A stretch of 64,000 bases of DNA from Octopus sinensis. Lineage: Eukaryota. The DNA lies in contig NC_043006.1 in the NCBI RefSeq assembly GCF_006345805.1, positions 104,408,001-104,472,000 of the forward strand, written 5' to 3'. Positions 1-11,930 of this stretch are shown here, in pieces (within the stretch, counting starts at the first letter, position 1; the number at the start of each line of letters is the position of its first letter). A program made the translations under genes and the position numbers. The notes beneath the pieces are model-generated. The model did not search any database, had not been told where the DNA came from, and saw nothing but the letters and a program-made list of their open reading frames with translations.

Positions 1-16
1 ATATGTATGTTGTATA

Positions 17-62
<46 letters not shown>

Positions 63-85
63 TATAAAATATATATATATATAAA

Positions 86-117
<32 letters not shown>

Positions 118-314
118 AATTAGATATAAAACCACTATTATGCAACTCAACAGTTTTTTATTTGTTATTTATGTTTTGGTTTATGTCTATCACTGTTTGA
201 GTTGCCTAATAGTGGTTTTATCTCTAATTTATATTTTGTATATTTATACTTTGAAATTTGATTTAATACTAAATTGAATTTTTCCCTGTAAGTTTGGAGC
301 TATACTCCCTAATA

Positions 315-391
<77 letters not shown>

Positions 392-397
392 CATGTA

Positions 398-1387
398 AAG
401 GACAAGGCCACAAAAAGTGTACGACTACGAGGGAAGACAGGTTGCTGAAGAGGACATCTTTGGCCGATAGGAAAGGACCTCTTCTGACGAAACTGCTGAG
501 TTTTGGGTGGCAACAAACAAGGAGATATTTACTCGCGCACAGTGAGAAGAAGGTCTTTAGAAGCTGGGCTCAAGGGACGTAATGCTAGAAAGAAGCCGTT
601 GCGGTTTGGGGTAAACATGAAGATGCAATTGTCCCGGGCAGAAGTGCATAACGATTGATGATGATTGGGAAAAAGTTATTTGATCTGATGAAAATAACTT
701 CGAGGTAGGTTCACCACATTCAATTCTACCACTATATTAGGCATAATTGTAATCCTACACTTTTATGGGATACCAAATATGACCTGTAATTTTTTTTTCT
801 CCTCAAGTCTTAGGAACTCCTACAGCTTTTTTGTTCGATGTAGAATAGGGAAGTCTTGCAATCCTGGATGTGTGGTCCCAACAGTCAAATTTGGAGGATG
901 AAACGTGATGGTTTGGGGCTGCATGTCGTCTTCAGGACCAAAAATGTTGTTCACTTGTGAAGGTACAACGAATTTCAGCACCTACACCAACATGTTAAAG
1001 TTCATCAACAATGCTCCATGCTACGAAGAAAGGGATGAGTGTGATAAAATGGCCCTCTTAATCGCCAGGCCTCAATCCCATTGAACATTTGTGGTCATAC
1101 GTAGGTACAAGATTGAGAGCGCACAAATGTTCTTCAAAAAAGAATTAGAATCGAAACTTCATGAAGACTGACAGAAAATTGACCCCTCTACTTGCGCCAA
1201 CTTCATCTCACGCATGTAAAAATGCACAAAAGCGGTTATATAAGAAGCAAGACACATCAGATACTAATTATTGATGGAATAGACTCAAGACTCAAGAATG
1301 TTTATAATACGATTTTTAATTACCAAGATGTGTTTCAATCATATTCTCTATTATTTCACACTTGCTCCATATTTTTGGCCAAGCGTA
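398..1387 (+). mobile_element. Tc1/mariner DNA transposon relic (5' truncated, degenerate DD34E-type transposase, 3' TIR-like end followed by TA)
   Basis: Manual translation gives Tc1 motifs with stops and frameshifts: TTREDRLLKRTSLADR, GLKGRNARKKP, SDENNFE, CVVPTVKFGG*NVMVWGCM, WP..SPGLNPIEHLWSYV. Ends ...ATATTTTTGGCCAAGCG then TA repeats. Confidence 0.85.
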
Positions 1388-1762
1388 TATATATATATAT
1401 GTGTTTTCACATACATGCATATGTGTATATGTGTGTGTGTTTGTGTGCGTATGGGAGTGTGTATGTGCATATGTGTGTATGTGTGTGTGTGTGTGTGTGT
1501 GCGTGTGTGTGTGCGTGCGTCGTGTGTGAATCTGTATTCCACTTATTTAGAACTCCTATTTAAAGCAGTGTTTAATTTCAACCTGATCTCTAGGTTCCTC
1601 TAGGTTACTGTAATCTATATTGAAGTAATAGGATCGTCTGAGAAAAGCATTACTCATTGCAGTATATACGCAAATGATGTATTTACATTTATATATACGC
1701 ACACACATAAACACACATATATATATATATGTGTGTGTGTATGTGACCATATTCACATATCT

Positions 1763-1797
<35 letters not shown>

Positions 1798-2063
1798 ATA
1801 TATATATATATATCTATATATATATATATATATATATATGAATGTATGTATATGTATTTATATATGTACATATATATAAACATATATGTACATATATATA
1901 AACATATATATGGACATGCATAAACATATATATACATTCATGCATGCATACATACATGTATATAATACATATATATATATGTATGTATATCATCTATCTA
2001 TCTCTATCTATGTGTGTATATATATTTATCTATCTATATATGTGTATGTATATATATATTATG

Positions 2064-2127
<64 letters not shown>

Positions 2128-2142
2128 AATATATATATATAT

Positions 2143-2173
<31 letters not shown>

Positions 2174-2239
2174 CTTATATATGCCTTTATGAACACAATT
2201 ATTCGGTTACCCTGCAGCTCCCTATATACATATCTTTGG

Positions 2240-3450
2240 GTCTACTTCCTATTCTCTAGAGAAGAATTTCTCTGAGACAGCCAGCTATCGACCTATCCCA
2301 CCACTCCAGATCTCAAGTATAACGATGAATAGCATTAACAAAGTTATCTCCACCAAATTTCCCATCACAATTTAACCCCTTCTCTTTTCCAGGTCAACCA
2401 CTACCCTTCGTTTTGTACTCTACAGTTATCTCTGTCCACCTCTCTATGAACTGTAACGCTCCCCAGGATTCGAACATGTCATTGTATATACCATTATATA
2501 TCAACAACCTATTTGCCGTTACAACTCGCAAAGCCAGCTTTTTCACAGATTATAACAGCCAGCAGCTGTCGTTAATATTCTCCCATAAGCTCCGACTCCT
2601 CTAAGGTAAATTCCATAGGCCAGATCTTCACCGATTCCATGAATAGTGACTTCAGGTGTCTTGAAATGGGTTCATGCTAATCTTCAATAAAATAAGAAAA
2701 ACAGAATCCTTGCACACATAGAAATACCTCATTGACCATTCACACAAACTTAATTTTATAGTCCTTGTGATAGCTCCAGTGATATACCTCACTATCTCAC
2801 ATTATTTATTCTGGTGAAAGTACGTTCTAACCATTGGAAGAGTTCGTCTTAAAGACAGATATTTCTTTTCAGGGCCAGAAAATTCACCTCCAACCCCAAC
2901 ATCTACCAACTTCCTATACAGCTCAGATGAAACTTAGAGAAGAATACTGCGCCTCGTTATGGGATTGTACTGCTGCTACCTACACAGAATGCTAAAGGGG
3001 GCGAGCTGGCAGAAACGTTAGCACGCCGGGCGAAATGCTTAGCGGTATTTCGTCTGCCGCTACGTTCTGAGTTCAAATTCCGCCGAGGTCGACTTTGCCG
3101 TTCATTCTTTCGGGGGTCGATTAAATAAGTACCAGTTACGCACTGGGATCGATATAATCGACTTAATCCTTTTGTCTGTCCTTGTTTGTCCCCTCTGTGT
3201 TTAGCCCCTTGTGGACAATAAAGAAATAAGAATGCTAAACTATATCCAGAGAAAAACTTATCGATTCATTGTGATAAAGTAAATCAAAGACGGATCACAA
3301 CTGCTGTCCCGCAGATGTGCTATGTCCTGTCTTTGTTTTTGCTGTTTTGTTTACTATTATTCCATTATTCTCTAAGATCTGTCATTGCATTGTGGTAACG
3401 TGTCCCGTTCATCCAGACACTCAATTCTTTTGTCTCCTTGACTGCCATCA
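2240..3450 (+). mobile_element. Highly decayed LINE reverse transcriptase (CR1/Jockey supergroup), interrupted by a SINE
   Basis: RT-like motifs in order: SYRPI; NAPQDSNMSLYIPLYINNLF...FFTDY (GVPQGS..LFLLYINDL..FADD-like); SMNSDF; YTAQMKLREEYCASLWD..LNYIQRK. Confidence 0.6.
2997..3228 (+). mobile_element. tRNA-derived SINE family A, full copy with 11-bp target-site duplication
   Basis: Head GGCGAGCTGGCAGAAACGTTAGC...GAGTTCAAATTCC (A/B-box like). TSD AGAATGCTAAA at 2986-2996 and 3229-3239. Many further copies in the window. Confidence 0.85.
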
Positions 3451-5305
3451 TCTACGTTATATCCACCCCACCCCACTATCGATTCTGCTCGAATCATAAC
3501 CACAACACAGTTCTCGTCTCTCCGCAACGGTGACACTTGGATTCCTTCCCTGCTCAAATCTGTCCCCTAATTTTTCACTGGCAGTTTAAGAGGAGCCCTA
3601 ACAACATCACTGCTATCGGCATCGAAAGTCTTGTGGCAGCCATGCCAGCCTCTCCTTCTTTCAGATGTAATTCATAACAGGTGTAAATATGTACTAGATG
3701 TACAATAAGCTTAGAATTTCGACTTTGCATATTACCTGTCTAATTTATTCAAGGTCAGTTGTCGTTCCAAACACTTGTGATACGACTGTTGTATCAGCCC
3801 CATTGATTAGAATCACCAGTTAGTGAAAGACGTCCAAGAATTTGCAGGCTAATCTCCTTCAAGTTACACCATACCCATTACCAATCCACCGCAGACGTCA
3901 CCATAAGCAAGGCATTTCCAACGTGATTACCCGACATTCTCGAAATAGCGACCAAATACCCTTGAAATCGCGCTGTATAGTCTTGGTGAGGAAAGATGCT
4001 ACCGAAATGAATTTTGTTTTGTACTTCATTATGTAGCAACAAAGAAGGAATAGCCAGAGTTGGAACGCCCTGAAACCCCAAACAACCTAGTTGCTAAAGA
4101 CCAATAGTGTTACGCCATTGTTACGATATTGTCATTAATTGATATGAAGAAATATTGTCAGTTTTTTCGTTAGATTCTTGAAATTATTTAATCAATAACG
4201 TGATCAAATAACTCTGCTATTAAGTAGCCATTTACAATGTAGATATTGGTAAATTAGCTCTTGCGTAATAATCTAAAATAAATATTTGTCAGATTTGTAG
4301 TGGAGCGTGGGAGCAATATTAAAGGATGGTACTTTTTTCCGGTTTCATGACATGTAATAGATAAAAAAAAATGTACTTATAGATTAGGCGCCAGGCTACG
4401 GCAGTTTATCTGGCGACTTTCATAAAAGAGATAAGACAAATAAAATAATGTATAATGAAGTTTTTTCGTCAAAAACCCATCGGGTTATTTGTTCTCACGA
4501 TCTACGTGGAGGGAATTCATATCGCCCACTCAAAACAATGATTTTGGTAGCAGTGTAAATGTAGTGAATGGCTTCAAAGCTACAACGACGACTCAGTCCG
4601 TTCAATGGCCGATTCCTTTATTCTGATAGTGCTGAAATAAAATGCAATATTGATTGGTGAATCGATATGAATTCCCATAGAACTTATTTTTAATAGAGAA
4701 TCGGAAAGGCATTCCCCTCTCATAAAACGACAAGCTACAAAATTCCGATATGTGAGAATTGATGTTGGTTGGGATTGAATAATAGATGGTTTTGAGGGCC
4801 TAAAGCGAAAATCTATTTAAAAAATGATATGATGTAACAAATGGGGTATCATTAGAATATTACTGTTCAGAGAGATTTCCGAGTTGGAAATGGTGAAGAC
4901 GGTTCTTTAGAGATTCATTGACTCATAAGCGGAATAAGTGCACCGAACTAGCTGAGTCATCTGAGCCTTCGATGGAAAACCTCCTGGTGATGGTCAACAA
5001 TCTCTGATTTCTCAGGTCACATCTCGCCTATCTCAACTTTGCTTTTCATTCTTTTAGAATCGTTAAATCAGTACCAATCCAAGAAGGCAGATTCGCGAAT
5101 CTAAGAATGGATCAAGCAAGATGCTTTGTAGTATCCAGTGTGGCTCTTTGCGTTCTGACGGAAACGTTTGTGTATGACGTCATGAGTGTCAATCTATATT
5201 GGCTCAAGATAGTGAACTTTGCTTTCGATAAACATCGATGGTGTGAAGAGGGGAGACTGCATATATATATACTTTATTTAAAAGCAGCAGAAATTTTTAT
5301 AAAAG

Positions 5306-5343
5306 CTGTTACTCGGAGTTTCACGTTCCCGTTCGTCGGACAG
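5306..5343 (-). ncRNA. Minimal type I hammerhead ribozyme motif, family alpha (U4C core)
   Basis: Reverse complement of the 5376-5413 motif (left arm of a palindrome). Confidence 0.75.
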
Positions 5344-5375
5344 TTTTGTTAAAAAAAAATGTTTTTTTAACAAAA

Positions 5376-5413
5376 CTGTCCGACGAACGGGAACGTGAAA
5401 CTCCGAGTAACAG
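5376..5413 (+). ncRNA. Minimal type I hammerhead ribozyme motif, family alpha (U4C core)
   Basis: CTGT-CCGACGA-ACG/GGAA/CGT-GAAA-CTC/C/GAG-TA-ACAG: stem I CTGT:ACAG, stem II with GNRA loop, near-palindromic stem III, GUA cleavage triplet. Confidence 0.75.
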
Positions 5414-5516
5414 CTTTTGTTAAATTTCTGCTGCTTTTAAATAAAGCATATTACTCTACCTCTGGTATTTGAGTACACTTTTTCCACCTTGTTTCACATT
5501 TATGTTTTTACTCCGG

Positions 5517-5551
<35 letters not shown>

Positions 5552-5898
5552 TAATACAAATAAGAAAATGGAGAGACAATTTAGTTGGTTTATCAGCTTT
5601 AGGATATTAGAATATTTACTTATTTATTTATGGTTCTCGTTTTGTTAAATAAATAAGTGAATATTCTAATATCCTAAAGCTGATAAACCAAATAAATTGT
5701 TTCTTCATTTTCTCATTTGTATTATAAATTAATGGTAAAATATTTCTTTACCTTGACCCATTTAATACAATAAGTAAGTTAATTGCATAGCGATTAAAAG
5801 CACTTGTGTATTAACAATTTGGGTATTATACCAACAGTATATTGGATAAGTATTATCCCTTAGCGGGTTGGATCCACAACCCCTAACTTACTTGGTGT

Positions 5899-5946
<48 letters not shown>

Positions 5947-6062
5947 TATTCGAGACAAAACCACTATTTTGCAAAACAAACAGGAAAGACTTAATCAATA
6001 CATAAAATTTTAATAAATAGTCAAAAAAACCGCCACTACAATCGTTTCTTGTCTTTGGAAGT

Positions 6063-6105
6063 CCACCTGAAGATTGTCGATCAAGACAAGAAACGATTGT
6101 AGTGG
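6063..6105 (+). ncRNA. Minimal type I hammerhead ribozyme motif, family beta
   Basis: CCAC-CTGAAGA-TTGTC/GATCAA/GACAA-GAAA-CGATT-GTA-GTGG: canonical core, stem I CCAC:GTGG, 5-bp stem II, GUA triplet. Confidence 0.85.
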
Positions 6106-6482
6106 CGGTTTTTTTGACTATTTATTAAAATTTTATGTATTGATTAAGTCTTTCCTTGTTTGTTTTGCAAAATAGTGGTTTTGTCTCGAATAATATTTTA
6201 TAATATTTTACTATAAAATCGATTTAATCCTAAATCTGATTTTTTCCCTGTAAATTTGGATTTATTCCCTAATATTTATTATTATATATATATATATATA
6301 TAAGACACCAAGTAAGTTAGGGGTTGTGGATCCAACCCGCTAAGGGATAATACTTATCCAATATACTGTTGGTATAATACCCAAATTGTTAATACACAAG
6401 TGCTTTTAATCGAAGGTGGTCATTTATTTGCGTCTGTGACCCTAGGTTGAACAAGGTTTTCGTATGAATAATGATAGTTGCC

Positions 6483-6515
<33 letters not shown>

Positions 6516-7689
6516 TATATATATAGGCAACTATCATTATTCATACGAAAACCTTGTTCAACCCTAGGGTCACAGACGCAAATAAATGACCACCTTCGAC
6601 AAAGGCGGTCATGTAAGTCTGAGGGATAGATGAGAAGGCATGCATATTTTAATTGAATGGCTAACCAATATATCTTTTTCTATGGAATAATTTAAAATAG
6701 AGACGTGATATACGATCCGTTAGTTCTTACATTAATATGTTGTTTTGTTGAATTGCTTATATTTATATATGTATGTATTTATGTATGTATGTATGTATGT
6801 ATCTATGTATGTATGTATGTATATATGATATGTATGTATAGATTGTTTAAAGTGGTGGTGTACATTATTGTATATCGAGAAGCAGTCGGAATTTTGGATA
6901 ATTCTCTATTAGCGCATTCGTTCGCGTAAACGAAAATTTGAAGATAAGAATTGAAATCAAAATAATAACGATAAAACAGAACGTTTCCTTCTTCTGTTTT
7001 GTAACATTAGATAGATAGATAGATAGATATAAAGAGAGAGAGAGAGAAAGAGAGAGAGATAGTGAGAGAGAGGGTTCTTTTAAATTCCATTGTTTGTTTT
7101 GGAGGCAAGAAAGACGAAAGAAAATAGTCACGTTAGTAAATTTAGAACTACATTCAGAAATAATGGTAACAGTATAAATGATTCCTCTTCATCCATCATC
7201 ATTACTATTAATAAGAATATTATAAAACAAGCTCTCTTGATGGATACCAAAACCATCTAGCAGCCACTGATGTCTCTTTCCACACACACACACACGTATA
7301 TCTTGTGCGTAAAAGCACACATATTTAAATCGTTGCCAAACGAGATTAAGGTGCCGAAACTACAAACAGTGTGATTTCGATGAACTCCGTTTCTCTATAC
7401 GAGTGGCGGACACCTGTCATTGAAGAGACGGTGTACGTCGAAATCACGCGTTAGAGAACTTCTGGCGCCTGTATCAGACGATTCTCGCCTGCAAATGATA
7501 AGAATATATTCATTTTTTTATACATCATGTTTCCATTTAAGAGATCCTCTTAAGGGGAATACCACATCGTTAAGCATATTAACAAAATAGACACGTTAAG
7601 TTGGATATAGACATTGCTTCGGAAATTAATACTGCTTCTGTTGCTAATGATTATATGTGTATGTGTTTGTATATATATATATATATATA

Positions 7690-7955
7690 TGGATTTGGTA
7701 GACGGAAACTGAAAGAAGCCTGTCGTGTATATGTATATATATGTGTGTTTGTGTGTCTGTGTTTGTCCCCCCCCCCAACATCGCTTGACAACCGATGCTG
7801 GTATGTTTACGTCCCCGTCACTTAGCGGTTCGGCAAAAAGGACTGATGGAGTAGGTGCTGGGTACGAGCAATAAGTCCTGGGGGGCGATTTGTTCGACCA
7901 AAGGCAGTGCTCCAGCATGGCCGCAGTCAAATGACTGAAACAAGTAAAAGAGTAA
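7690..7955 (+). mobile_element. SINE family B, 5'-truncated
   Basis: Matches the body and tail of the copies at 17822 and 35557 (GGATTTGGTAGACGGAAACTGAAAGAAGC ... GACTGAAACAAGTAAAAGAG). Confidence 0.8.
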
Positions 7956-7964
7956 AAAAAAAGC

Positions 7965-8016
<52 letters not shown>

Positions 8017-8094
8017 ATATATATATATGTATATATGGGTACAGGACGTCACTAACTTTGTAAACAACATAAAGTACGAAAACAAACGAGTTAA

Positions 8095-9010
8095 ATAAGC
8101 AAACAGCGAGAAAGATGCATCGTTTCCACCATGGTTCTTTTGCTCCACCATTTTTTGTTTTCTTACGTTGTAATTTCTCCTCAGCAAGTAGTGCAATAGC
8201 TCAGAGAAGATTCCTTGTTTGTGTTATGTTCTCCATCTGGATCTATGCTATGACAGTATTTATCTTTTATGTTACTTTATTTATCATACTCCTATCTACC
8301 CTTCTCATATTCATGGTGACTTTTTTCTTCTGGAGCATTCATCAACTCGTTGAGTCGTCTTTGAATTTCAAGCAATTCATTATCTATTTGGTTCATTTCC
8401 CCTGTATGTCCACCCACCACAGTATCAGGCTTCACTGTATAACTTGTTCTGTTCCTCATCCTTAATACCCCCGTCACCATTTCCTTCTTCCTCCTGTCTA
8501 CTCTTCTCTCTGCTTACAACTCCTACCTATCTGTTTTCAACTCCGACCATCTTTTGTAACCCATCCGCAGAATCTCTCAGACTCTCACTAATCCGAGATA
8601 TTTCTACTCCAGTTAAGTAACCCTTCCTCCTAACCACTCTCTTGGTTCAATAGTTTATTTTCTGACATTGGACACATGTCCTTTTCCATCCAAAGTTTCA
8701 AACTACGCCGGCCTACTCTGCACTTCTTTCCAGCTTTGCTCTTTCATGAGATTCAATAAGTATATCGTACTCTTCGTCCACTTATGTCTTTTTTGCACAC
8801 ACTGTGTATGTGATCTGTTGTGACATAACGACAGTCCGAGGCCAGATCACTGCCCCTGAGGCGGGTGGTTTCGGACGTGCCGGGCGGGAAACCTTCACCA
8901 TGATCGGCTAAAGAACAAGCCTAGCTAGAAAGCCCTCGGATTGGATGGGATTCATGGCTTTTGTCTGAAGAGATGCCACGCGGTGCATGAAAGACTAGTA
9001 ACCCAATTTA
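8095..9010 (-). mobile_element. Dong/R4-type non-LTR retrotransposon 5' fragment (5' UTR and N-terminal ORF, decayed)
   Basis: Minus-strand translation contains KRHKWT.., RRKGYLTGVEISRI (cf. the N-terminus at 40201-40524) and KEPWWKRCI, resembling the PWWKRR motif upstream of the RT in R4-like elements. Confidence 0.6.
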
Positions 9011-9366
9011 ATGAGTGTATTCGGAAAGGTACAATCACCGCCAGAATGGAGTTTCATTCTCGCCGTTAATTCTTTCGTGTGTCGTTCGTGGGGTTCCCAC
9101 GAGAGTTGTTATTGAGACCCCCATCTCTTTCTTCCGCTCTTTATTTGTATATACAAGTGTGCATGTATATATATACATATGGTCCTGTTGTAGTTTAAAC
9201 GCCACTTGTTAACCATTCTGGATAATTGTCCTTCACTGTTATAATTTCCGTATTACTACCATAATCCCTATCTTATTATTTACCTGTTCACTACTATAGT
9301 TCCACAGTTATTACTATAATTATATTATTACTATAAGGACGAGGGGTCCTAATATTGTCTTCTCTG

Positions 9367-9444
<78 letters not shown>

Positions 9445-9466
9445 ATTATTATTATTATTTTTATCA

Positions 9467-9652
9467 AGGAGTTGAGCTGGTAGAATCTTTAGTACGGGCT
9501 AAATGCTTAGCGGTATTTCGCCTGTCGTTACGTTATAAGTTCAAATAACGTCGAGGTCCACTTGGGGTCGGTAAATTAAGTACCATTGAAACACTGGGAT
9601 CGATGTAATCGACTGGTCCCCTCCCCCAAAATTGCAGGCATTGTGCCTTTAT
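9467..9652 (+). mobile_element. SINE family A, degenerate copy
   Basis: Similar to 2997-3228. Confidence 0.7.
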
Positions 9653-9689
9653 TGTTGTTGTTGTTGTTGCTGCTGCTGTTGCTTTTGTT

Positions 9690-10135
9690 TCAGAGACCCG
9701 CACAAGCCATCATGTGAAGGCCAGTATACACATTTTGACTACTTGTCCGATAAAGGTACACCAGACACATGTATCACAGCCATATGTGTTACCTTATGGT
9801 GATTTCATATCAAGTCAAACAGCACGTGACTTTGCAGGTCGGGACCACTCAAAAGTTTTTTCGGGTCATGTTGCCAATCTCCTACAAAAGAGACCCGGAA
9901 TAAATTTGTTAAAGGATGATGAACGAAACACCCATTGTTCAAACACCGAAGAATTCCTTTCAGCTCACGGCTACGACGTTCCCCCTCTACTCTTGCTCGT
10001 GGTCAGAGACGCACATGTTATCAGCCACTGAGGGGCAGGCTCAGATAGTTAAGGTCAAGCAACTGACAAGAAAATCTGTGGTATTGAGCAGAATGTTTTA
10101 TGTAGATCATCTTTTACACCAAGACAAAACGTGTA
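9690..10135 (-). mobile_element. Non-coding ~600-bp repeat family usually flanked by (TAA)n ('TAA family'), partial copy
   Basis: Homologous to 41136-41586 and 54218-54683. ORF 9714-10031 is incidental. Confidence 0.75.
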
Positions 10136-10555
10136 TTTTTGTTGTGAATATTATTAATAAATTATCCAATTAACCAATTAACTAGTCAAGAATATATTGA
10201 TAATTCAATCTGTCAGTTGGTTTGTCAGATTTCTTTCGACGTTATTTACGATCTCGTCAATGATGAGCTGACGATGATGAAAGACTTGCTTCAATCCATT
10301 CGTAATGAAGAATCTTGCACAACAAATGCAAAAGCCATGCGAGCACACACACACACACACATACATATATATATATATTATATATATATATATATATATT
10401 ATATATATCTATATATATATATATATATTACAATTCTAAATCTCTCAAAGAGAGAAACGCAGTAACAGAACGATAAAGTGATGGTTTGTTGCCAACATAA
10501 AGTGGCAGTACTATGAAAGGGCGGAATCTTACATCCACCCTGCAAAACCTACCAT

Positions 10556-10596
10556 CTACGGATTAGTTTCAGGGTCATTGCCCTTTATCAGATTGG
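10556..10596 (-). ncRNA. Hammerhead-like motif, family gamma (G8A core), degenerate
   Basis: CCAAT-CTGATAA-AGGG/CAATGA/CCCT-GAAA-CTAA-TC-CGTAG. Confidence 0.6.
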
Positions 10597-10827
10597 AGTA
10601 GCTTGGCTTTGCTAGATGTCGTTGCTAATCCGCTTATAGAATTCAAAGTGAAAAACACTCACTGATCTACAAAACTAGAAATATTACATTTCTAAATATC
10701 TCAAAGAGAGATAAAGTGTAGGCTTGTTGCCAACATAATGAAGCAGTCCCAGGAAAGAGAGGAACGATACTGCTATTTAGCCCAAAGAAACATGGTTTCT
10801 AGCTGGTTATACGACACAAACTAGCAT

Positions 10828-10867
10828 CCGCGGACTAGTGTCAGGGTCATTGCCTTTATCAGCGTGG
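10828..10867 (-). ncRNA. Hammerhead-like motif, family gamma (G8A core), degenerate
   Basis: CCACG-CTGATAA-AGG/CAATGA/CCCT-GACA-CTAG-TC-CGCGG: palindromic ACTAGT stem III, GUC triplet. Confidence 0.6.
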
Positions 10868-11383
10868 TGTAGCTCAGCTTTGCTAGATGCCATTGGTAAT
10901 CCGCGTTCAAAGACTTATAGGATTCAAAATGAAAAACATTCGTTGATCTACAAAGATAGAAATATTACAGTTTTAAATCCTTCAAAGATTTCAAAGATAT
11001 GCAGTAACAGCACGATAAAGTGATGGCTTCTTGACAACATAATGTGGCAGGGCAGTCCCAGGAAACAGAAGGTTTGTTATTTAGCCTCTAGAAACATCGT
11101 TTCTAGCTGGTTTATAAACAACTTATAAACAAGGGCAAAAGAAAATTATTTCTATGCCAATATGCTGATAACAGACTTTTAAATCGTCAATTTCCACATA
11201 TTATTTACTCGCTACAGAAAACACGTAGAGCTGAAATCGAGGAAAGTAGCCCAATAGAATTTTTAAAAAAAGTTCGTTATTTCTATATTGAATCAATTTC
11301 GGAATTAATCTCATAATAGATTTTTTCCTCTTCAGTAGAAAATACGAAAAGAAATAAATAAAATACTTACATGCGCCCATGGA

Positions 11384-11464
<81 letters not shown>

Positions 11465-11609
11465 GGGTTAAGCAACAAGTTGCTTAACCACATACCGAAA
11501 GGACCGTATCTTCTTATTTACTACAGATATAGCTCCACATGTAATATTTTACTTGTAACTCACATAGGCAAAAGAAGGTAAATAACGAAATCAAACAGTC
11601 TTCGGTTAG

Positions 11610-11666
11610 TTGTGAACGCGTTTCTGGATTAGAATTATAAAGAACTCATTCCCATCATCAGCACAA
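11610..11666 (-). ncRNA. Type I hammerhead ribozyme motif, family iota (canonical core)
   Basis: TTGTG-CTGATGA-TGG...GAGTT/CTTTAT/AATTC...CCA-GAAA-CGCG-TT-CACAA: 5-bp stem I, palindromic ACGCGT stem III, GUU triplet. Lies in a ~240-bp element starting at a (CA)n(TA)n tract. Confidence 0.85.
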
Positions 11667-11711
11667 CAATCCAATAACTTATAGATTGGCAAATGCTATT
11701 AACCTACCTCG

Positions 11712-11879
11712 AGGCGCAGGAGTAGCTGTGTCGTAAGAAGCTTGCATCCCAGCAACATGGTTCCGGGTTCAGTCCCACTGCGTGGTACCTTGGGCAAGTG
11801 TATCTTCTACAATTTCCTCAGACTGCCAAATCCCTATGAGTAGATTTGGTAGAAGAAAAAAACTGAAAATAAACCTGAC

Positions 11880-11880
<1 letters not shown>
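11712..11880 (+). mobile_element. SINE family B head
   Basis: GGCGCAGGAGTAGCTGTGT...GGTTCCGGGTTCAGTCCCACTGCGTGG..CTTGGGCAAGTG. Confidence 0.8.

Positions 11881-11930
<50 letters not shown>

Larger units (their letters stand above)
5270..6600. repeat. Cluster of fold-back (inverted) duplications separated by (TA)n
   Basis: Inverted arm pairs read directly: ~5277-5356/5362-5441; ~5560-5630/5646-5715; 5791-5901/6301-6412; ~5938-6055/6087-6205; ~6410-6484/6525-6598. Confidence 0.9.
10429..11115 (-). repeat. Tandem repeat of ~256-281-bp units (about 2.5 copies), the two complete units each carrying a hammerhead-like motif (family gamma)
   Basis: Units start at ~10429, 10685 and 10966 (TACA(A/T/G)TT(C/T)TAAAT...). 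A dispersed homologous copy lies at 37150-37385. Confidence 0.8.

Noticed and set aside
5560-5715. Hairpin containing CTGATAA
   Set aside because: No downstream GAAA or stem III; kept only as an inverted repeat.
8800-9010. GC-rich R4 5' UTR examined for an HDV-like fold
   Set aside because: P1 and P3 candidates exist, but no P1.1 GG or consistent P2 and J4/2 could be placed.
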